A stretch of DNA of 64,000 bases, from NCBI GenBank assembly GCA_965209055.1, contig OZ242374.1:2016001-2080000 (forward strand). Direction: 5' to 3'. The notes below the pieces were generated by a model. That model saw nothing but the letters and a program-made list of their open reading frames with translations, had not been told where the DNA came from and searched no databases. Source of the stretch: Acidobacteriota bacterium. Its GTDB lineage: Bacteria > Acidobacteriota > UBA6911 > RPQK01 > JAJDTT01. The position numbers and the translations under genes are program-made. Of the stretch, positions 54,125-64,000 are shown piece by piece. The stretch's first letter is position 1, and every line of letters starts with the position of its first letter.

Positions 54125-56125
54125 ATGAGACTGATCCAGGTTTTCTGCTGCTCTCTTCTTATTATCGCCTCATCCTGCACGGGTCCTTCCGCTCCCGATC
54201 CGGAAACGGCCCGTAGGCTCTATCAGGAGTCCATGTCTCTCGATCGGGATGATGACGCCGATCGAAAGCTGGAACTTCTCCGGCAGGCGGTCGAACGCCA
54301 CCCGGAGTTCACCGAGGCACACCGGGAAATCATCCGTCTCACCGAAGACAAGGTTCTTCTGCGCCAGGAGTACGAAGCTCAGGTCCAGGAGAATCCGGAC
54401 AGTGCCGTCTTCCACTACCTGCTTGGCGAAGTCGCCGAGAGCGACATGAAGCGGGCCCATTACGAGAAGGCGGTCGAATTGGGTCCCGGCTCCACCTGGG
54501 GCTATCTGGGTCTGGGCGAGTTGATGGAAGACCGCGGGTCCTTTGACGAGGCAGTCACCAACTACCAGAGGGTCCTGGAGCGTGACCCGGCGAGTGAACT
54601 CGGCCATCGGGGATTGGCGCGCACCTACGGACGCATGGGCCGCCGGGAGGACGAAATTGCCGCCTACCGGAAAATGATTTCCGAACTACCGGATGTGGCC
54701 CGCGGCTATTGGGGACTCAAGCGCGCCTACGAGAAGGCGGAGCAGGAGAGTGAGGCCGCAAGTCTCCTGCAGCAAATCTATGAGCGGTTCAGGTCCGATC
54801 CCGACAATGGAGGCTTAGCCCTGTACCAGTTGGCGGAGTCTTTGGAGAACCAGGACGAGAAAGTCCGGCTCTGGAATCGCTTCATCGAAGACTATCCCGC
54901 GGGTCCCAATATTGTGCACGTCTACAATTCCCTCTTGGAACACTACGTGGAAACGGATCCGGAGAAGGCGGAAGCCCTCGCCCGGGAGTGCCTGGAGAAA
55001 GAAGCACTACCGGGTGACAAGAGGCTCAAGGACTATGCCTACGAAGCCTTGTTCGATCTCTACCGGAAGTCCGGAGAGGCTGATAAGGAGTCACGCCTCG
55101 TAGAGGAACTCCTGGAATCGGATTATCCGAATCCGATGACGTATACACAGGTCGCGATCCACTACGCCAAGGAGGAGCAGACGAAGCTTGCCATCCGGTT
55201 CCTCGAACGAGCCCTCGATTTCGCGAACCCGGAGAGTGTCCACGGGACCGTTCTCTTCACCGGCGGAAAGCCGAGGCGAGAGATGCTGGAAGAAGTGGCG
55301 GGACAAGTGCGAACCGGGGTTTCCTACGAGTTGGGCAAGGTGCTCAACAAGAATCGGAGACACCAGGAGGCAATCGCCGTGCTTCTGCCCGTGGCAGGTT
55401 TATGGGATCGAGCGGGGGATCTGATCCATCTTGAACTTGCCGACGCCTATGAGGCCGCCGGCCAACACCAAGAGGCGCTCAAGCACTACGCCAGTTCCCT
55501 GATCGACTACTTGCACGATCCCGCCCGGAAACCGCTGGAAACCCTGTTCGCAAGGGTGCACGGTTCGATTGACGGTCTGAACCAGTACGTCCTCGACCAC
55601 GTGACTCAGCCCAGGACCGGGGGAAGCGTGGCCCTCGGCGTGCCGACGGCACTCAGTCTGGACGAGGCCATACTGAAGGCGCGCGGACTATCCTCCGGAG
55701 AGGCTCCGGAATTCAATCTGGAGACTCTGGAGGGCGAAAGCGTCAGGTCGTCGGATCTCAAGGGCAAGGTCGTGGTCCTCGACTTCTGGGCCACGTGGTG
55801 CGGACCTTGTATCGAGGAACTTCCCCAGTTCCAGGCGACGGTCGATCGCTGGGCGGACCGGCCCGAAGTGGTCTTTCTCGCCGTCAGCGTGGACGAGGAT
55901 GATGATGTGGTCCGCAGGTTCATGACCAAGAACGATTACGATTTTCCGGTCGCCCGGGACGGCAAGGTCGACGATGATTACGGAGTGTCCGCCATACCGA
56001 CGATCGTGCTCATCGGCAGAGAAGGCCGGATTCAGTACCGGCACGTCGGGTTCGATCCGGACGCGGACCTCACCCAGAAGCTGAGTGACGAGATCGGTTT
56101 CCTGCTGGGCGCGGGCGTGTCCTGA
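54125..56125 (+). CDS. TPR-repeat lipoprotein with C-terminal TlpA/redoxin domain
   Basis: Lipobox-like ASSC; multiple TPR-like helices; APEF.L, LKGKVVVLDFWATWCGPC and IPT motifs. Confidence 0.88.
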   Translation: MRLIQVFCCSLLIIASSCTGPSAPDPETARRLYQESMSLDRDDDADRKLELLRQAVERHPEFTEAHREIIRLTEDKVLLRQEYEAQVQENPDSAVFHYLLGEVAESDMKRAHYEKAVELGPGSTWGYLGLGELMEDRGSFDEAVTNYQRVLERDPASELGHRGLARTYGRMGRREDEIAAYRKMISELPDVARGYWGLKRAYEKAEQESEAASLLQQIYERFRSDPDNGGLALYQLAESLENQDEKVRLWNRFIEDYPAGPNIVHVYNSLLEHYVETDPEKAEALARECLEKEALPGDKRLKDYAYEALFDLYRKSGEADKESRLVEELLESDYPNPMTYTQVAIHYAKEEQTKLAIRFLERALDFANPESVHGTVLFTGGKPRREMLEEVAGQVRTGVSYELGKVLNKNRRHQEAIAVLLPVAGLWDRAGDLIHLELADAYEAAGQHQEALKHYASSLIDYLHDPARKPLETLFARVHGSIDGLNQYVLDHVTQPRTGGSVALGVPTALSLDEAILKARGLSSGEAPEFNLETLEGESVRSSDLKGKVVVLDFWATWCGPCIEELPQFQATVDRWADRPEVVFLAVSVDEDDDVVRRFMTKNDYDFPVARDGKVDDDYGVSAIPTIVLIGREGRIQYRHVGFDPDADLTQKLSDEIGFLLGAGVS

Positions 56126-56188
56126 ACGGGGCGGAATGGTGGCGGTACTCTTTTCCCTTTTTTTTGCCGCTCCGGTTTGAACCGAAGA

Positions 56189-56213
56189 GGGCGCCCACAA
56201 GGGGCGCCCCTAC
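56189..56213 (-). repeat. GTAG-type REP hairpin between convergent genes
   Basis: The minus strand reads GTAG-GGGCGCCC-CTTGT-GGGCGCCC. Confidence 0.7.
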
Positions 56214-56217
56214 ATTG

Positions 56218-57996
56218 TCAATCTGCGCCATCCATCCGGCGGACCTCAACGTAAAAGGCTCCGCGGGATCTGCCGCCGGCCTCGGTGAACCACGTCTGCA
56301 AAGACTGCGCCCCGGCGTCGAGCTCCACCGTAAACTTCACCGCCGTGGCGCCATTGGGAACCGCCCTGGTCTTGTCCATTTGTCCCACCTTGAGCCGAGC
56401 CTCGACGGCCTGGATCGCAAAGTCCGCCTCCCTGGGAAGTTGCCGGAGTGTGATCTTATAGCGACCGAACCGCGCGACCTCCACCATCCATTTCCCGTTC
56501 ACATAGGGCGCCGGATCACTGCTGACATGCGCATACGGCCCGAAGGGCCTCTGGTACCAGGGAGCATTCCCTTTGGACATGTACCAGTCCTGCAGATTCA
56601 GGCGCACGGGGTTTTCCGCCGGGTCGCCCAGCACGATCCGGCAGGGTTCGGAGATCCTCCGGGTAACATCGGAAAACCAGCGTTCGTGTTCCTTCCTTAG
56701 TTCCCTTACAACCTCCGGATTTTGAGCGGCAACATCCGTTCTCTGCATGGGGTCGCGGGTGATGTCGTAAAGCTCCTTGCCGAAGACCAGGCACCAACGG
56801 GACGTCAGGACGGCGGAGATGTCGAAGGGGATCAATTCGAAGGTCGGCTTCGAGTAGCTGCCCCCCAGGTGCTCGACGAACAGTGTGCGTTCAGCGGCCG
56901 AGGCCTGCCCGCGGAGCAGCGGCGCCAGGCTGATGCCGTCGAACTCCGCCGGCGCGGGCTTCTCCACGCCGCAAAACTCCATCAACGTCGGCATCACGTC
57001 GATGTGGGACGTCAGCCCCTCGACATCCTGACCTCCACCCAGGCCCCCTTGCGGCCATCGTAGGAAGAACGGGACCCGGTGGCCGCCTTCGTAAGGCGAT
57101 CCCTTTCGTCCCCGCAGGTTGGCCCCGAAGCGGCTCCACGGCTCGAGCGGAAAACCGTCTGAATCTCCCATTTCCATTCGGATGCCGCCGAGGGCGCCGT
57201 TATCGGTCATGAAGATCAGAATCGTGGTGTCTTCCAGATCCCACTCTTTCAGTTTTCCCAGCAACCGGCCCACGTTCTCGTCGATGTTGGTGACCATTCC
57301 CATGAAGTCCGCCAGCGGGGCAGACAGTCCCATCCTCCGATAGGGAGCGGAGTACCGGTCCGCCACGATGTAGGGATTGTGCGGCGCGTTGGTCGACAGG
57401 TAGACGAAAAAGGGCCTTTCCCGATTCGCCTCGATGAACTTGAAGGCTTCGCCGAAGAAGACGTCGGTGCAGTATCCGGTGAATTGCTCACGGTCGCCGT
57501 TCCGGTTGTAGATATCGTCGAAGTAGTCGTTCCCCCAGGCGTCCCCCGACATGGCGATGGCGCCGTGGCGGTGCCACACCGACTCATGAAACCCACGATC
57601 GTGTGGCCGGTAGGGGAAATTGTCTCCGAGGTGCCATTTCCCGAACATGCCGGTGCGATAGCCGGCTCCGGCAAAGACATCGGCAAGCGTGACCTCGTCC
57701 CGCCGCAGGAAGGCCCGTCCGGCCCCGGTCCGCCAGGCCCCGGTGCGAATGGAGTAGCGCCCGGTCAACAATGCCGCCCGGGTCGGCGTGCAGACCGGGT
57801 CGACATGGAAATCCGTGAGGCGAACGCTCTCCGTGTAGAACCGGTCGAGGTGGGGCGTCTGAATAAAGGGATTGCCCTGGCTGCCCAGGTCGCCGTAGCC
57901 CTGGTCATCGGTCAGGATCAGGATGACGTTGGGACGGTCCTGCGCCAAGGCCAGGCCGGGCGCCAAGAGGAAGAGTCCAAAGATCAGGCGCCGCAA
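56218..57996 (-). CDS. Arylsulfatase (formylglycine-dependent, Cys-type)
   Basis: PNVILILTDDQGYGD, CTPTRAALLTG, GKWHLG, DNG, KG..YEGG.RVP and ELYD...DP motifs. Confidence 0.93.
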   Translation of the reverse strand: MRRLIFGLFLLAPGLALAQDRPNVILILTDDQGYGDLGSQGNPFIQTPHLDRFYTESVRLTDFHVDPVCTPTRAALLTGRYSIRTGAWRTGAGRAFLRRDEVTLADVFAGAGYRTGMFGKWHLGDNFPYRPHDRGFHESVWHRHGAIAMSGDAWGNDYFDDIYNRNGDREQFTGYCTDVFFGEAFKFIEANRERPFFVYLSTNAPHNPYIVADRYSAPYRRMGLSAPLADFMGMVTNIDENVGRLLGKLKEWDLEDTTILIFMTDNGALGGIRMEMGDSDGFPLEPWSRFGANLRGRKGSPYEGGHRVPFFLRWPQGGLGGGQDVEGLTSHIDVMPTLMEFCGVEKPAPAEFDGISLAPLLRGQASAAERTLFVEHLGGSYSKPTFELIPFDISAVLTSRWCLVFGKELYDITRDPMQRTDVAAQNPEVVRELRKEHERWFSDVTRRISEPCRIVLGDPAENPVRLNLQDWYMSKGNAPWYQRPFGPYAHVSSDPAPYVNGKWMVEVARFGRYKITLRQLPREADFAIQAVEARLKVGQMDKTRAVPNGATAVKFTVELDAGAQSLQTWFTEAGGRSRGAFYVEVRRMDGAD

Positions 57997-58113
57997 TGGT
58001 ATCTCTCAGTGGCTGTCGAGAGGGACTGATTGGGCTCCGATTTACTCATCACTACGAGGGGGAACAGTCTTGTTCCCCCATAGGCTCGGAGACATCCATG
58101 TTGCTGCAAGAAT

Positions 58114-58165
58114 CGGCGGTTGGAAACCGCCGCTCCGACACTGGGGTTAACAACCCTCGCTCCCA
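58114..58165 (-). repeat. Two GGAG-type REP-like hairpins
   Basis: The minus strand reads GGGAGCGAGGGTTGTTAACCCC and GGAGCGGCGGTTTCCAACCGCCG. Confidence 0.65.
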
Positions 58166-58167
58166 TT

Positions 58168-60201
58168 TCACTCTCGAAGGATCTCCGTGGATTCGGCCAA
58201 AGCCTCAAGCTGCCGCAGGTCGAACTCCTTGTAGAGATCCCGGCAAAAAAGTCCGGGAGCCTGCTGATAGGTGACGGGAACCTCGTACAAATGGCTCAGG
58301 CTGTCCATCCCCTGGCGAATCCGAACCTGCGAAAACAACTCGGGCTTCAGCGCCGCCGCGATCAAGGCGACCACCTGACTGCGGATGCCGCTGCTCTCCA
58401 GGCGGACGCGGCGGGTCCCTGTCGTCTCCTCCAGCCAGCGGGTCGCGGCCACCAGTTGGGCGGCCCTGATGCCGATCGGACGCTCTCCCAGGGGGGCCAG
58501 CAGTTGTCCGTACAAAGCCGAAGGAGGCCGGCTGACCATCCAGGAGGCCATCGATTTATTCCTGCTTTCCTCCAAGAGCTGGTTGAGGGCAGAGTCGTTG
58601 GCCCGTGAACCCTCGGGCCTCAACGGGCCTTCAGGAGCGGCATTGCCCGTGAAGATCAGATCCAGCGCCAGGACCTGGCCACCTTGCTTCAAGAGCCCGG
58701 AAACCAGCGACCCCGCCGCCGCATAGCCTCGGTCATCCAGAACGATGGTTGGAGGTGCATCGGGCGGGCTGGCAATCGCCTTCAGCCAGATTGCCGAGGC
58801 GCTGAGACCGTTGTCGAATTGGAGACGGTAGGAAACGCTCTCAAGCCCCCTCTTCTTGGTGTTGGCCACGCCCCAGGGGTGTTCGACTCTCCGTGAGCGA
58901 TAACGCACCAGTTCCCGGAGCCGTTCTCTCTTGCGTCCGGCCCAGGCTCGCCTCCTCTCCGGGTTGCCGGGTGGATCCTCATGTTCGATCTCAGCGGCAA
59001 GCTTTCGCGCCAGACCCAGGATGGTGAGATTGTCCTCCGGGATTCCCAGATGCAGCTCCCCGGCGGTCTTGACCTCCGCGTCCACCGGGATCTCCTCCGG
59101 CTGCGCCGGCAGCCCGAAATGGCGGCTGAAAAAGCGGTAGGACTGTTGGCGATTGTCCAGCTCGTAGTTGTGCGTTCCCGGGTCGGTGTTCTCGTGCCAT
59201 TCGAAGGCCTCCTCTCTTCCGAACAGGGCGAAGAAAGGCATGATCTGGTCGTAGAGATAGGGCTTCGTGAGAACCGCCCGGCCCACGTAGTAGTTGTCCT
59301 CGGCAGAGAACATCAGCAGCGTGGGGCGCGGCGCCCGCAGGGCGGTGAGATGAGTGTAGTCGATGCCCAGGTCGGGCGGGTTGTACTCCATGTCCCCCAC
59401 GTCGGCATTCCGCTCGATGGCCGAGAGGAAGGCGAAATACCCCGAGACCGGAGCAGCGGCGGCAACCCGTTCATCCAGTCCGCTCAAGACCCCGGTCTGC
59501 CAGGCTCCCCCCGACAGGCCCGTGACCCCCAGGCGACTCGGGTCGACGTGAGGGTGGCGTTCCAGGTAGTCCAGGCCCTTGCGCATGGCCAGGTAGAACA
59601 GTCCGGTAGCGCTCATGCCGGCCAGATTCATGTGGCCGCCGTACCAGTGGTCGTTTCCGGGGAGGTGCAGTTCCCCGCAGTTGAACCATTCCAGGCTCAG
59701 GGCCAGCATGCCTCGCAGGGCGTAGTTGATGCAGCGGATCTGCTTGTAACCGGTGGCGTTGCCGACCGGCGTGTGGCCGTTCACGTTGACGATGGCCGGG
59801 ACCTTTCCGGTCAGGCTCTCCGGCTCGTAGAGGAGGGCCGTCGTCCGGAAACCGGGGATGATCTCGTAGCGAAGCCCGCGCAACCGGTAGCCCCTCCCCG
59901 AGGCGATGATTCCCAGGTCTTCGAAATTGGGCTCCGCTTCCACCCAGTCGGAAGGCCAACCGTGGAAGATCACGTCTTCCAGTACCCGTTCTCTTATGGT
60001 CCGAGCTTCGATCTCCCATTCCCGGGCGTTCTGCGGAGTAGGCAGCGGCGGCACCCGTTTCATCAGGTACTGGCGCAACTGGAATTCGACGATCTCGGGA
60101 GATTGAACCGGCAGTTCGAGGATCGCACCCACCTGCTCGGCGGTCTGCCCGGAGGCCAACACCGGAGGAAGAAAAAAGACAAGGAGTAATGCGAATCTCA
60201 T
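58168..60201 (-). CDS. Secreted alpha/beta-hydrolase (acetyl xylan esterase-like, two-domain)
   Basis: Signal peptide; GH, DYL...P.VD..RLGVTGLSGG (GxSxG), APRP and H motifs. Confidence 0.8.
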   Translation of the reverse strand: MRFALLLVFFLPPVLASGQTAEQVGAILELPVQSPEIVEFQLRQYLMKRVPPLPTPQNAREWEIEARTIRERVLEDVIFHGWPSDWVEAEPNFEDLGIIASGRGYRLRGLRYEIIPGFRTTALLYEPESLTGKVPAIVNVNGHTPVGNATGYKQIRCINYALRGMLALSLEWFNCGELHLPGNDHWYGGHMNLAGMSATGLFYLAMRKGLDYLERHPHVDPSRLGVTGLSGGAWQTGVLSGLDERVAAAAPVSGYFAFLSAIERNADVGDMEYNPPDLGIDYTHLTALRAPRPTLLMFSAEDNYYVGRAVLTKPYLYDQIMPFFALFGREEAFEWHENTDPGTHNYELDNRQQSYRFFSRHFGLPAQPEEIPVDAEVKTAGELHLGIPEDNLTILGLARKLAAEIEHEDPPGNPERRRAWAGRKRERLRELVRYRSRRVEHPWGVANTKKRGLESVSYRLQFDNGLSASAIWLKAIASPPDAPPTIVLDDRGYAAAGSLVSGLLKQGGQVLALDLIFTGNAAPEGPLRPEGSRANDSALNQLLEESRNKSMASWMVSRPPSALYGQLLAPLGERPIGIRAAQLVAATRWLEETTGTRRVRLESSGIRSQVVALIAAALKPELFSQVRIRQGMDSLSHLYEVPVTYQQAPGLFCRDLYKEFDLRQLEALAESTEILRE

Positions 60202-60259
60202 CTCTTCCGCGACATGATGAATCAGCGGTCAGCGGCCGCTTGCGGAGCCGTCGGCGAGG

Positions 60260-61015
60260 CTATTTCCAGGTGACCTCCATGGCGAAGAAGTGGTCGAACA
60301 CCTCCCGCTGGGGATGGTTGGCCTCGTTGGTCTCGGGACTCCGGATGTAGAAATCCAACTGCTGGAGGGCCGGGTTGACGGCGCCCGCCTCCGAACTCTT
60401 CCCTTCAAGGGGAAAGCGAACCACCAGGTTCCGGTCGCGCATGCCCTGGGTGACCATGAAGTGGATCTGGTAGTCCTGGTAGAGCGGCTCTCCGTTCAGG
60501 GTGGCGGAGCCGATCCCCCAACCGGCCACGTAGAGAATGCTCTTGGGCCAATTGGCGTCGCCGCAACCGGAATCGCCGTGCTCGAACAGCCACGATGCGA
60601 TGCCGCCGTCCTGGCAGGGTGAGAACTCCTTGAACTCTTCCAGGTCGATGACGTAGCGGCCTTCGGGAAGTTGGAGATCGGCCCGGAAGGTTCCCGTGTT
60701 GTTGATCTCGTCCACGTCGAACTCGACGGTGCCCTCCACCGGCCGCAGGTTGGTCCCGTCATTTCCCATGTGGTCCCACGGGCTCTCGTCGTTCAGCGTG
60801 CCGACCTGGTAGACGCGGCTTCCCGAGATGATGAAGCGGCCGTCGTACAGGTCGTGCTGCTCGGGCGCATAGATCCCCATGGCGGTTCCCGGCTGAACGC
60901 GCGGCCCGCGTTCCGGAGGATCGGACTGGGAGGGGCCGTCAGTGACCGGCACATTGCAGGCGGCCAGCCACAGCGAACACAAGGGGACAAGGAATTGTAG
61001 AGCTTGTTTCATCAC
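60260..61015 (-). CDS. Hypothetical lipoprotein
   Basis: Lipobox LAAC; GGAG RBS; GC3-biased codons. Confidence 0.75.
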   Translation of the reverse strand: MMKQALQFLVPLCSLWLAACNVPVTDGPSQSDPPERGPRVQPGTAMGIYAPEQHDLYDGRFIISGSRVYQVGTLNDESPWDHMGNDGTNLRPVEGTVEFDVDEINNTGTFRADLQLPEGRYVIDLEEFKEFSPCQDGGIASWLFEHGDSGCGDANWPKSILYVAGWGIGSATLNGEPLYQDYQIHFMVTQGMRDRNLVVRFPLEGKSSEAGAVNPALQQLDFYIRSPETNEANHPQREVFDHFFAMEVTWK

Positions 61016-61151
61016 GTTTCTCCGAGACAGGCGGTTGCCCCGTAGTGTACCAGCGAGCGACAGGAGGGGGGACGGTTAGTCCCCCACTCTTCCGCGTTAC
61101 CACGGAATAGCGTGAAGGGGGGCTTTCCGCCTCCCCCAACCCCCCGGAATC

Positions 61152-61199
61152 GGGTTAACAACCCCCACTCCCATGCGGCGGCTGGAAAGTCAACGCTCC
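61152..61199 (-). repeat. GGAG-type REP-like hairpins
   Basis: GGGTTAACAACCCCCACTCCCA and CGGCGGCTGGAAAGTCAACGCTCC, similar to 58114-58165. Confidence 0.6.
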
Positions 61200-61250
61200 T
61201 CGGCGTAACATTTAGGCCAGATCAAATCCACTGGACTCAGGGACTTGAGC

Positions 61251-62687
61251 ATGATCCGGGACGCTCTTCCGCATACCATCTCCCGCCGCAAGCTTCTGGA
61301 AATCAGTGGTCTCGGCATGGGCAGCGTGGCTCTCGCCAGCATGCTGAAAGCCGAAGAGGATCGCCGCGTTTACAACGACCTGAAACCGCGCAAGGGCCAC
61401 TTTCCCGCCCCTGCGAAAGCGGTGATCCAGTTCGTGCAGAACGGCGGTCCCAGCCAGATGGACCTGTTCGATCCCAAGCCCGAGCTGACGAAGTGGTCCG
61501 GCAAGCCCCACCCGGACGGAGTCGAGATCCATCAGCCCAACAATGCCAACGTGTTGCTGGCCAGCCCGTTCCAGTTCGGCAAGCATGGCCAGAGCGGCAT
61601 GGATCTGGGCGAGACCCTTCCCCACCTGGCGACCGTCGCCGACGACATCTGCCTCATTCGCTCCATGCACACCGAGCACAACAACCACTCGGAAGGTCTG
61701 CACATGCTGCTGACCTGCCATATCTTCTCCGGCCGGCCGGTGCTGGGGTCGTGGGTGTCGTATGCGTTGGGAACGGAGAACCAGAATCTCCCCGCCTTCG
61801 TGGTGTTGCGCGATCCGGAGGGGTACTCGACCCTGGGCAAGCAGCTCTGGACCAGCGGGTTCCTGTCAGCCCTCCACCAGGGCGTGGAGTTCAGCTCCAC
61901 CGGGACCCCGGTCCGGCACCTGCATCCCCGGGTGCCGCCGCCGCCCGGAGCCCAGCGGGCGGAACTGGACACGCTGGCCAAGCTGAACCGGTTGCATCTG
62001 GGCCGCCACCCGGGCGACTCGGAGCTGGAAGCACGCATCCAGAACTACGAGTTGGCCGCGCGCATGCAACTGGCGGCGACGGACGTCCTGGACGTCTCCA
62101 AGGAATCGGAGGCGACGAAGAAGCTCTACGGGATGGACAACCCCGTCTCCGCCGGCTACGGCCTGCGCTGCCTGATGGCCCGCCGCATGATCGAGGCCGG
62201 CGTCCGGTTCGTCCAAATCCATCCGGGACCAGGACAGCCCTGGGACAATCACGCCAAGCTCAGGGAGAAACTGAGCAAGATCTGCGCCAAGACCGACCAG
62301 CCGGTGGCCGGATTGCTGAAGGACCTGAAGAGCCGCGGGCTGCTGGAGAGCACGGTCCTGCTGTGGGCGGGCGAATTCGGACGCCTTCCCACCACCCAGA
62401 ACTCCGACGGCCGGGATCACAACCGGAACGCGTTCAGCCTCTGGCTGGCCGGCGGCGGCTTCAAGAAGGGCCTGATCTACGGAGCGACCGACGAGTTCGG
62501 CTACCGGTCCACGGTGAACCGTGTCGGCGTCGCCGACTTGCAGGCCACGCTGCTGCAGCAGCTCGGAATCGATCACAAACGGCTGACCGTCCTCCACGAG
62601 GGCCGGGCGGAAACCCCCACCAACGCCAGCATCACGGGCGCGCGCATCGTCTCGGACATCCTCGAGAATCCTCCGCGGGAGGCCTGA
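61251..62687 (+). CDS. DUF1501 family protein, copy 3 (divergent; Tat signal)
   Basis: SRRKLL, GGPSQMDLFDPKP, GSWVSY.LG.EN, ARR..E.GVRFVQ, WD.H, EFGR.P and GRDH motifs. Confidence 0.92.
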   Translation: MIRDALPHTISRRKLLEISGLGMGSVALASMLKAEEDRRVYNDLKPRKGHFPAPAKAVIQFVQNGGPSQMDLFDPKPELTKWSGKPHPDGVEIHQPNNANVLLASPFQFGKHGQSGMDLGETLPHLATVADDICLIRSMHTEHNNHSEGLHMLLTCHIFSGRPVLGSWVSYALGTENQNLPAFVVLRDPEGYSTLGKQLWTSGFLSALHQGVEFSSTGTPVRHLHPRVPPPPGAQRAELDTLAKLNRLHLGRHPGDSELEARIQNYELAARMQLAATDVLDVSKESEATKKLYGMDNPVSAGYGLRCLMARRMIEAGVRFVQIHPGPGQPWDNHAKLREKLSKICAKTDQPVAGLLKDLKSRGLLESTVLLWAGEFGRLPTTQNSDGRDHNRNAFSLWLAGGGFKKGLIYGATDEFGYRSTVNRVGVADLQATLLQQLGIDHKRLTVLHEGRAETPTNASITGARIVSDILENPPREA

Positions 62688-62689
62688 CC

Positions 62690-64000
62690 GTGCGGCTTTC
62701 ACGTCTCGTGGCTCCGCTTGCAATCTTGGGTGCGCTGTCGACGGCGGCCGCCTTCGGCCAGCCCAGCTTCGAGCGGGACGTGGAGCCCATCTTCAAGACC
62801 AATTGCTACAGTTGCCATGGCGGCACCGCCATGGTCGGGCTGGATCTGCGCACGGCCACCTCCGTTCTGCGCGGCAGCCACGAGGGGCCGGTGGTGGCGA
62901 AGCACGCGCCCGCAGACAGTCTGCTCTACCGGAAGGTCTCCCAGCGGTTGATGCCGCCCCCTGCGTTCAACCTGAAGCTCACCGACTCGGAGATCGACAC
63001 CGTCCGGCGCTGGATCGAGGCGGGCGCCCCCTCGGATGAGGAAGCGATTATCGCCGCCAAAAGGGAAGAGGAGACCGCGCGGTTCCGGGATCTGGCGCTT
63101 CCCATCTTCGAGGACCGCTGCTTCGCCTGTCACGCCTCGGACCAGCCCATGGGGGGGTTGGACCTGCGCACGGTGCAGTCGGTGTTGAAGGGAAGCGAAG
63201 GCGGTCCCGTGATCTCAGATCTCGGGTCCATCAAGAGCATCCTGATCCGAAAGTTGACCTCTGGCGAGATGCCGCCCCCGGGCATGGGCCGGCCGCTCGG
63301 CGACGGCGAGATCCGGACGCTCGCCCGCTGGATCGACACTTCGGACTTCCGGCTCCTGCGGCCTCACGCCGAGCGCACCACCTTCAACCAGGCCGAAGCG
63401 CCGCCGGTGACCGACGAGGACCGCCAGTTCTGGTCCTTCCGGAAGCCTGAGGCCGCACCCGTCCCGAAGGTGGAGAATCGAGAGCGGATCCGCACGCCGA
63501 TTGACGCCTTCCTGCTGGCAAGGCTCGAATCCGAAGGGCTCGGTTTCTCGCCCGAGGCCTCCAAGCTCACGTTGCTGCGCCGCGCCTGGCTGGACCTGAT
63601 CGGAGTCCCTCCTTCTCCGAAGGATATCCGGGCCTACCTCGACGACAAGAGGCCCGACGCATACGAGCGGCTCATCGACACGCTGCTGGAGTCGAAGCAC
63701 TACGGTGAGCGTTGGGGCCGCCATTGGCTGGATGCGGCCGGCTACAGCGACGTCTCCGGATTCGACTCCGCCGTCGACAACGTGATCGTCGTCGACGGGA
63801 TGTGGCGCTACCGGGACTGGGTGATCCGGGCTTTCAACCAGGACATGCCCTACGATCAATTCCTGGTGGAGCAATTGGCCGGTGACGAACTCGTGGACTG
63901 GCGCTCGGCCGAGACCTACACCCCGGAAATGCTGGACAAGCTCGTCGCCACCGGCTATCTCCGATCCGTCTTCGACCGCACCGACCAGGACGTGGTGAAC
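62690..64000 (+). CDS. PSD1 / planctomycete cytochrome c protein with two N-terminal c-type haem domains; runs off the window
   Basis: GTG start MRLSRLVAPLAIL...; CYSCH and CFACH; FWSF, LLRR...DL.G.PP and HYGERWGRHWLD motifs; frame open to 64000. Confidence 0.88.
   Translation, partial: MRLSRLVAPLAILGALSTAAAFGQPSFERDVEPIFKTNCYSCHGGTAMVGLDLRTATSVLRGSHEGPVVAKHAPADSLLYRKVSQRLMPPPAFNLKLTDSEIDTVRRWIEAGAPSDEEAIIAAKREEETARFRDLALPIFEDRCFACHASDQPMGGLDLRTVQSVLKGSEGGPVISDLGSIKSILIRKLTSGEMPPPGMGRPLGDGEIRTLARWIDTSDFRLLRPHAERTTFNQAEAPPVTDEDRQFWSFRKPEAAPVPKVENRERIRTPIDAFLLARLESEGLGFSPEASKLTLLRRAWLDLIGVPPSPKDIRAYLDDKRPDAYERLIDTLLESKHYGERWGRHWLDAAGYSDVSGFDSAVDNVIVVDGMWRYRDWVIRAFNQDMPYDQFLVEQLAGDELVDWRSAETYTPEMLDKLVATGYLRSVFDRTDQDVVN

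Overview
This is a GC-rich bacterial window. PSD1/DUF1501 modules, carboxypeptidase-domain TonB receptors and sulfatases suggest Acidobacteriota or a PVC-like lineage (inference). Left to right: (1) the end of an IS1634-type transposase and a duplicated tmRNA-like 3' end at about 890-909, probably the attR of an island; (2) a run of minus-strand accessory genes (Nramp-like transporter, a DUF5916 gene with one in-frame TGA, two DUF4177 copies), each separated by the same short palindromic site GAGAAGGGGAC-A-GTCAC-pyrimidines; (3) an 18.5-kb cobamide salvage/remodelling locus: cbiB-cbiZ divergent from a cobalamin riboswitch, then pduO, cobN, chlI/D, btuF, btuB, an unknown protein, two more btuF, btuC, a btuD-ferredoxin fusion and cobQ, with no corrin-ring synthesis genes; (4) a ~10.4-kb block between direct repeats (cobQ 3' end plus an IS3-like end), carrying IS1634, a CxxC/RGPP leader peptide, an Oar-type TonB receptor and a DUF3526 ABC-2 system; (5) a 36.7-54 kb mosaic of six toxin-antitoxin loci, single accessory genes and 5'-truncated gene copies, again punctuated by the same palindromic site; (6) TPR-TlpA, arylsulfatase, hydrolase, lipoprotein, DUF1501 and a truncated PSD1 gene. 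The best candidate for an undescribed system is the palindromic-site-delimited, TA-rich, integron-like cassette array, although no recombinase is visible in the window. The second is the chelatase-equipped cobamide salvage operon. All family names come from motif recognition by eye, not database searches.
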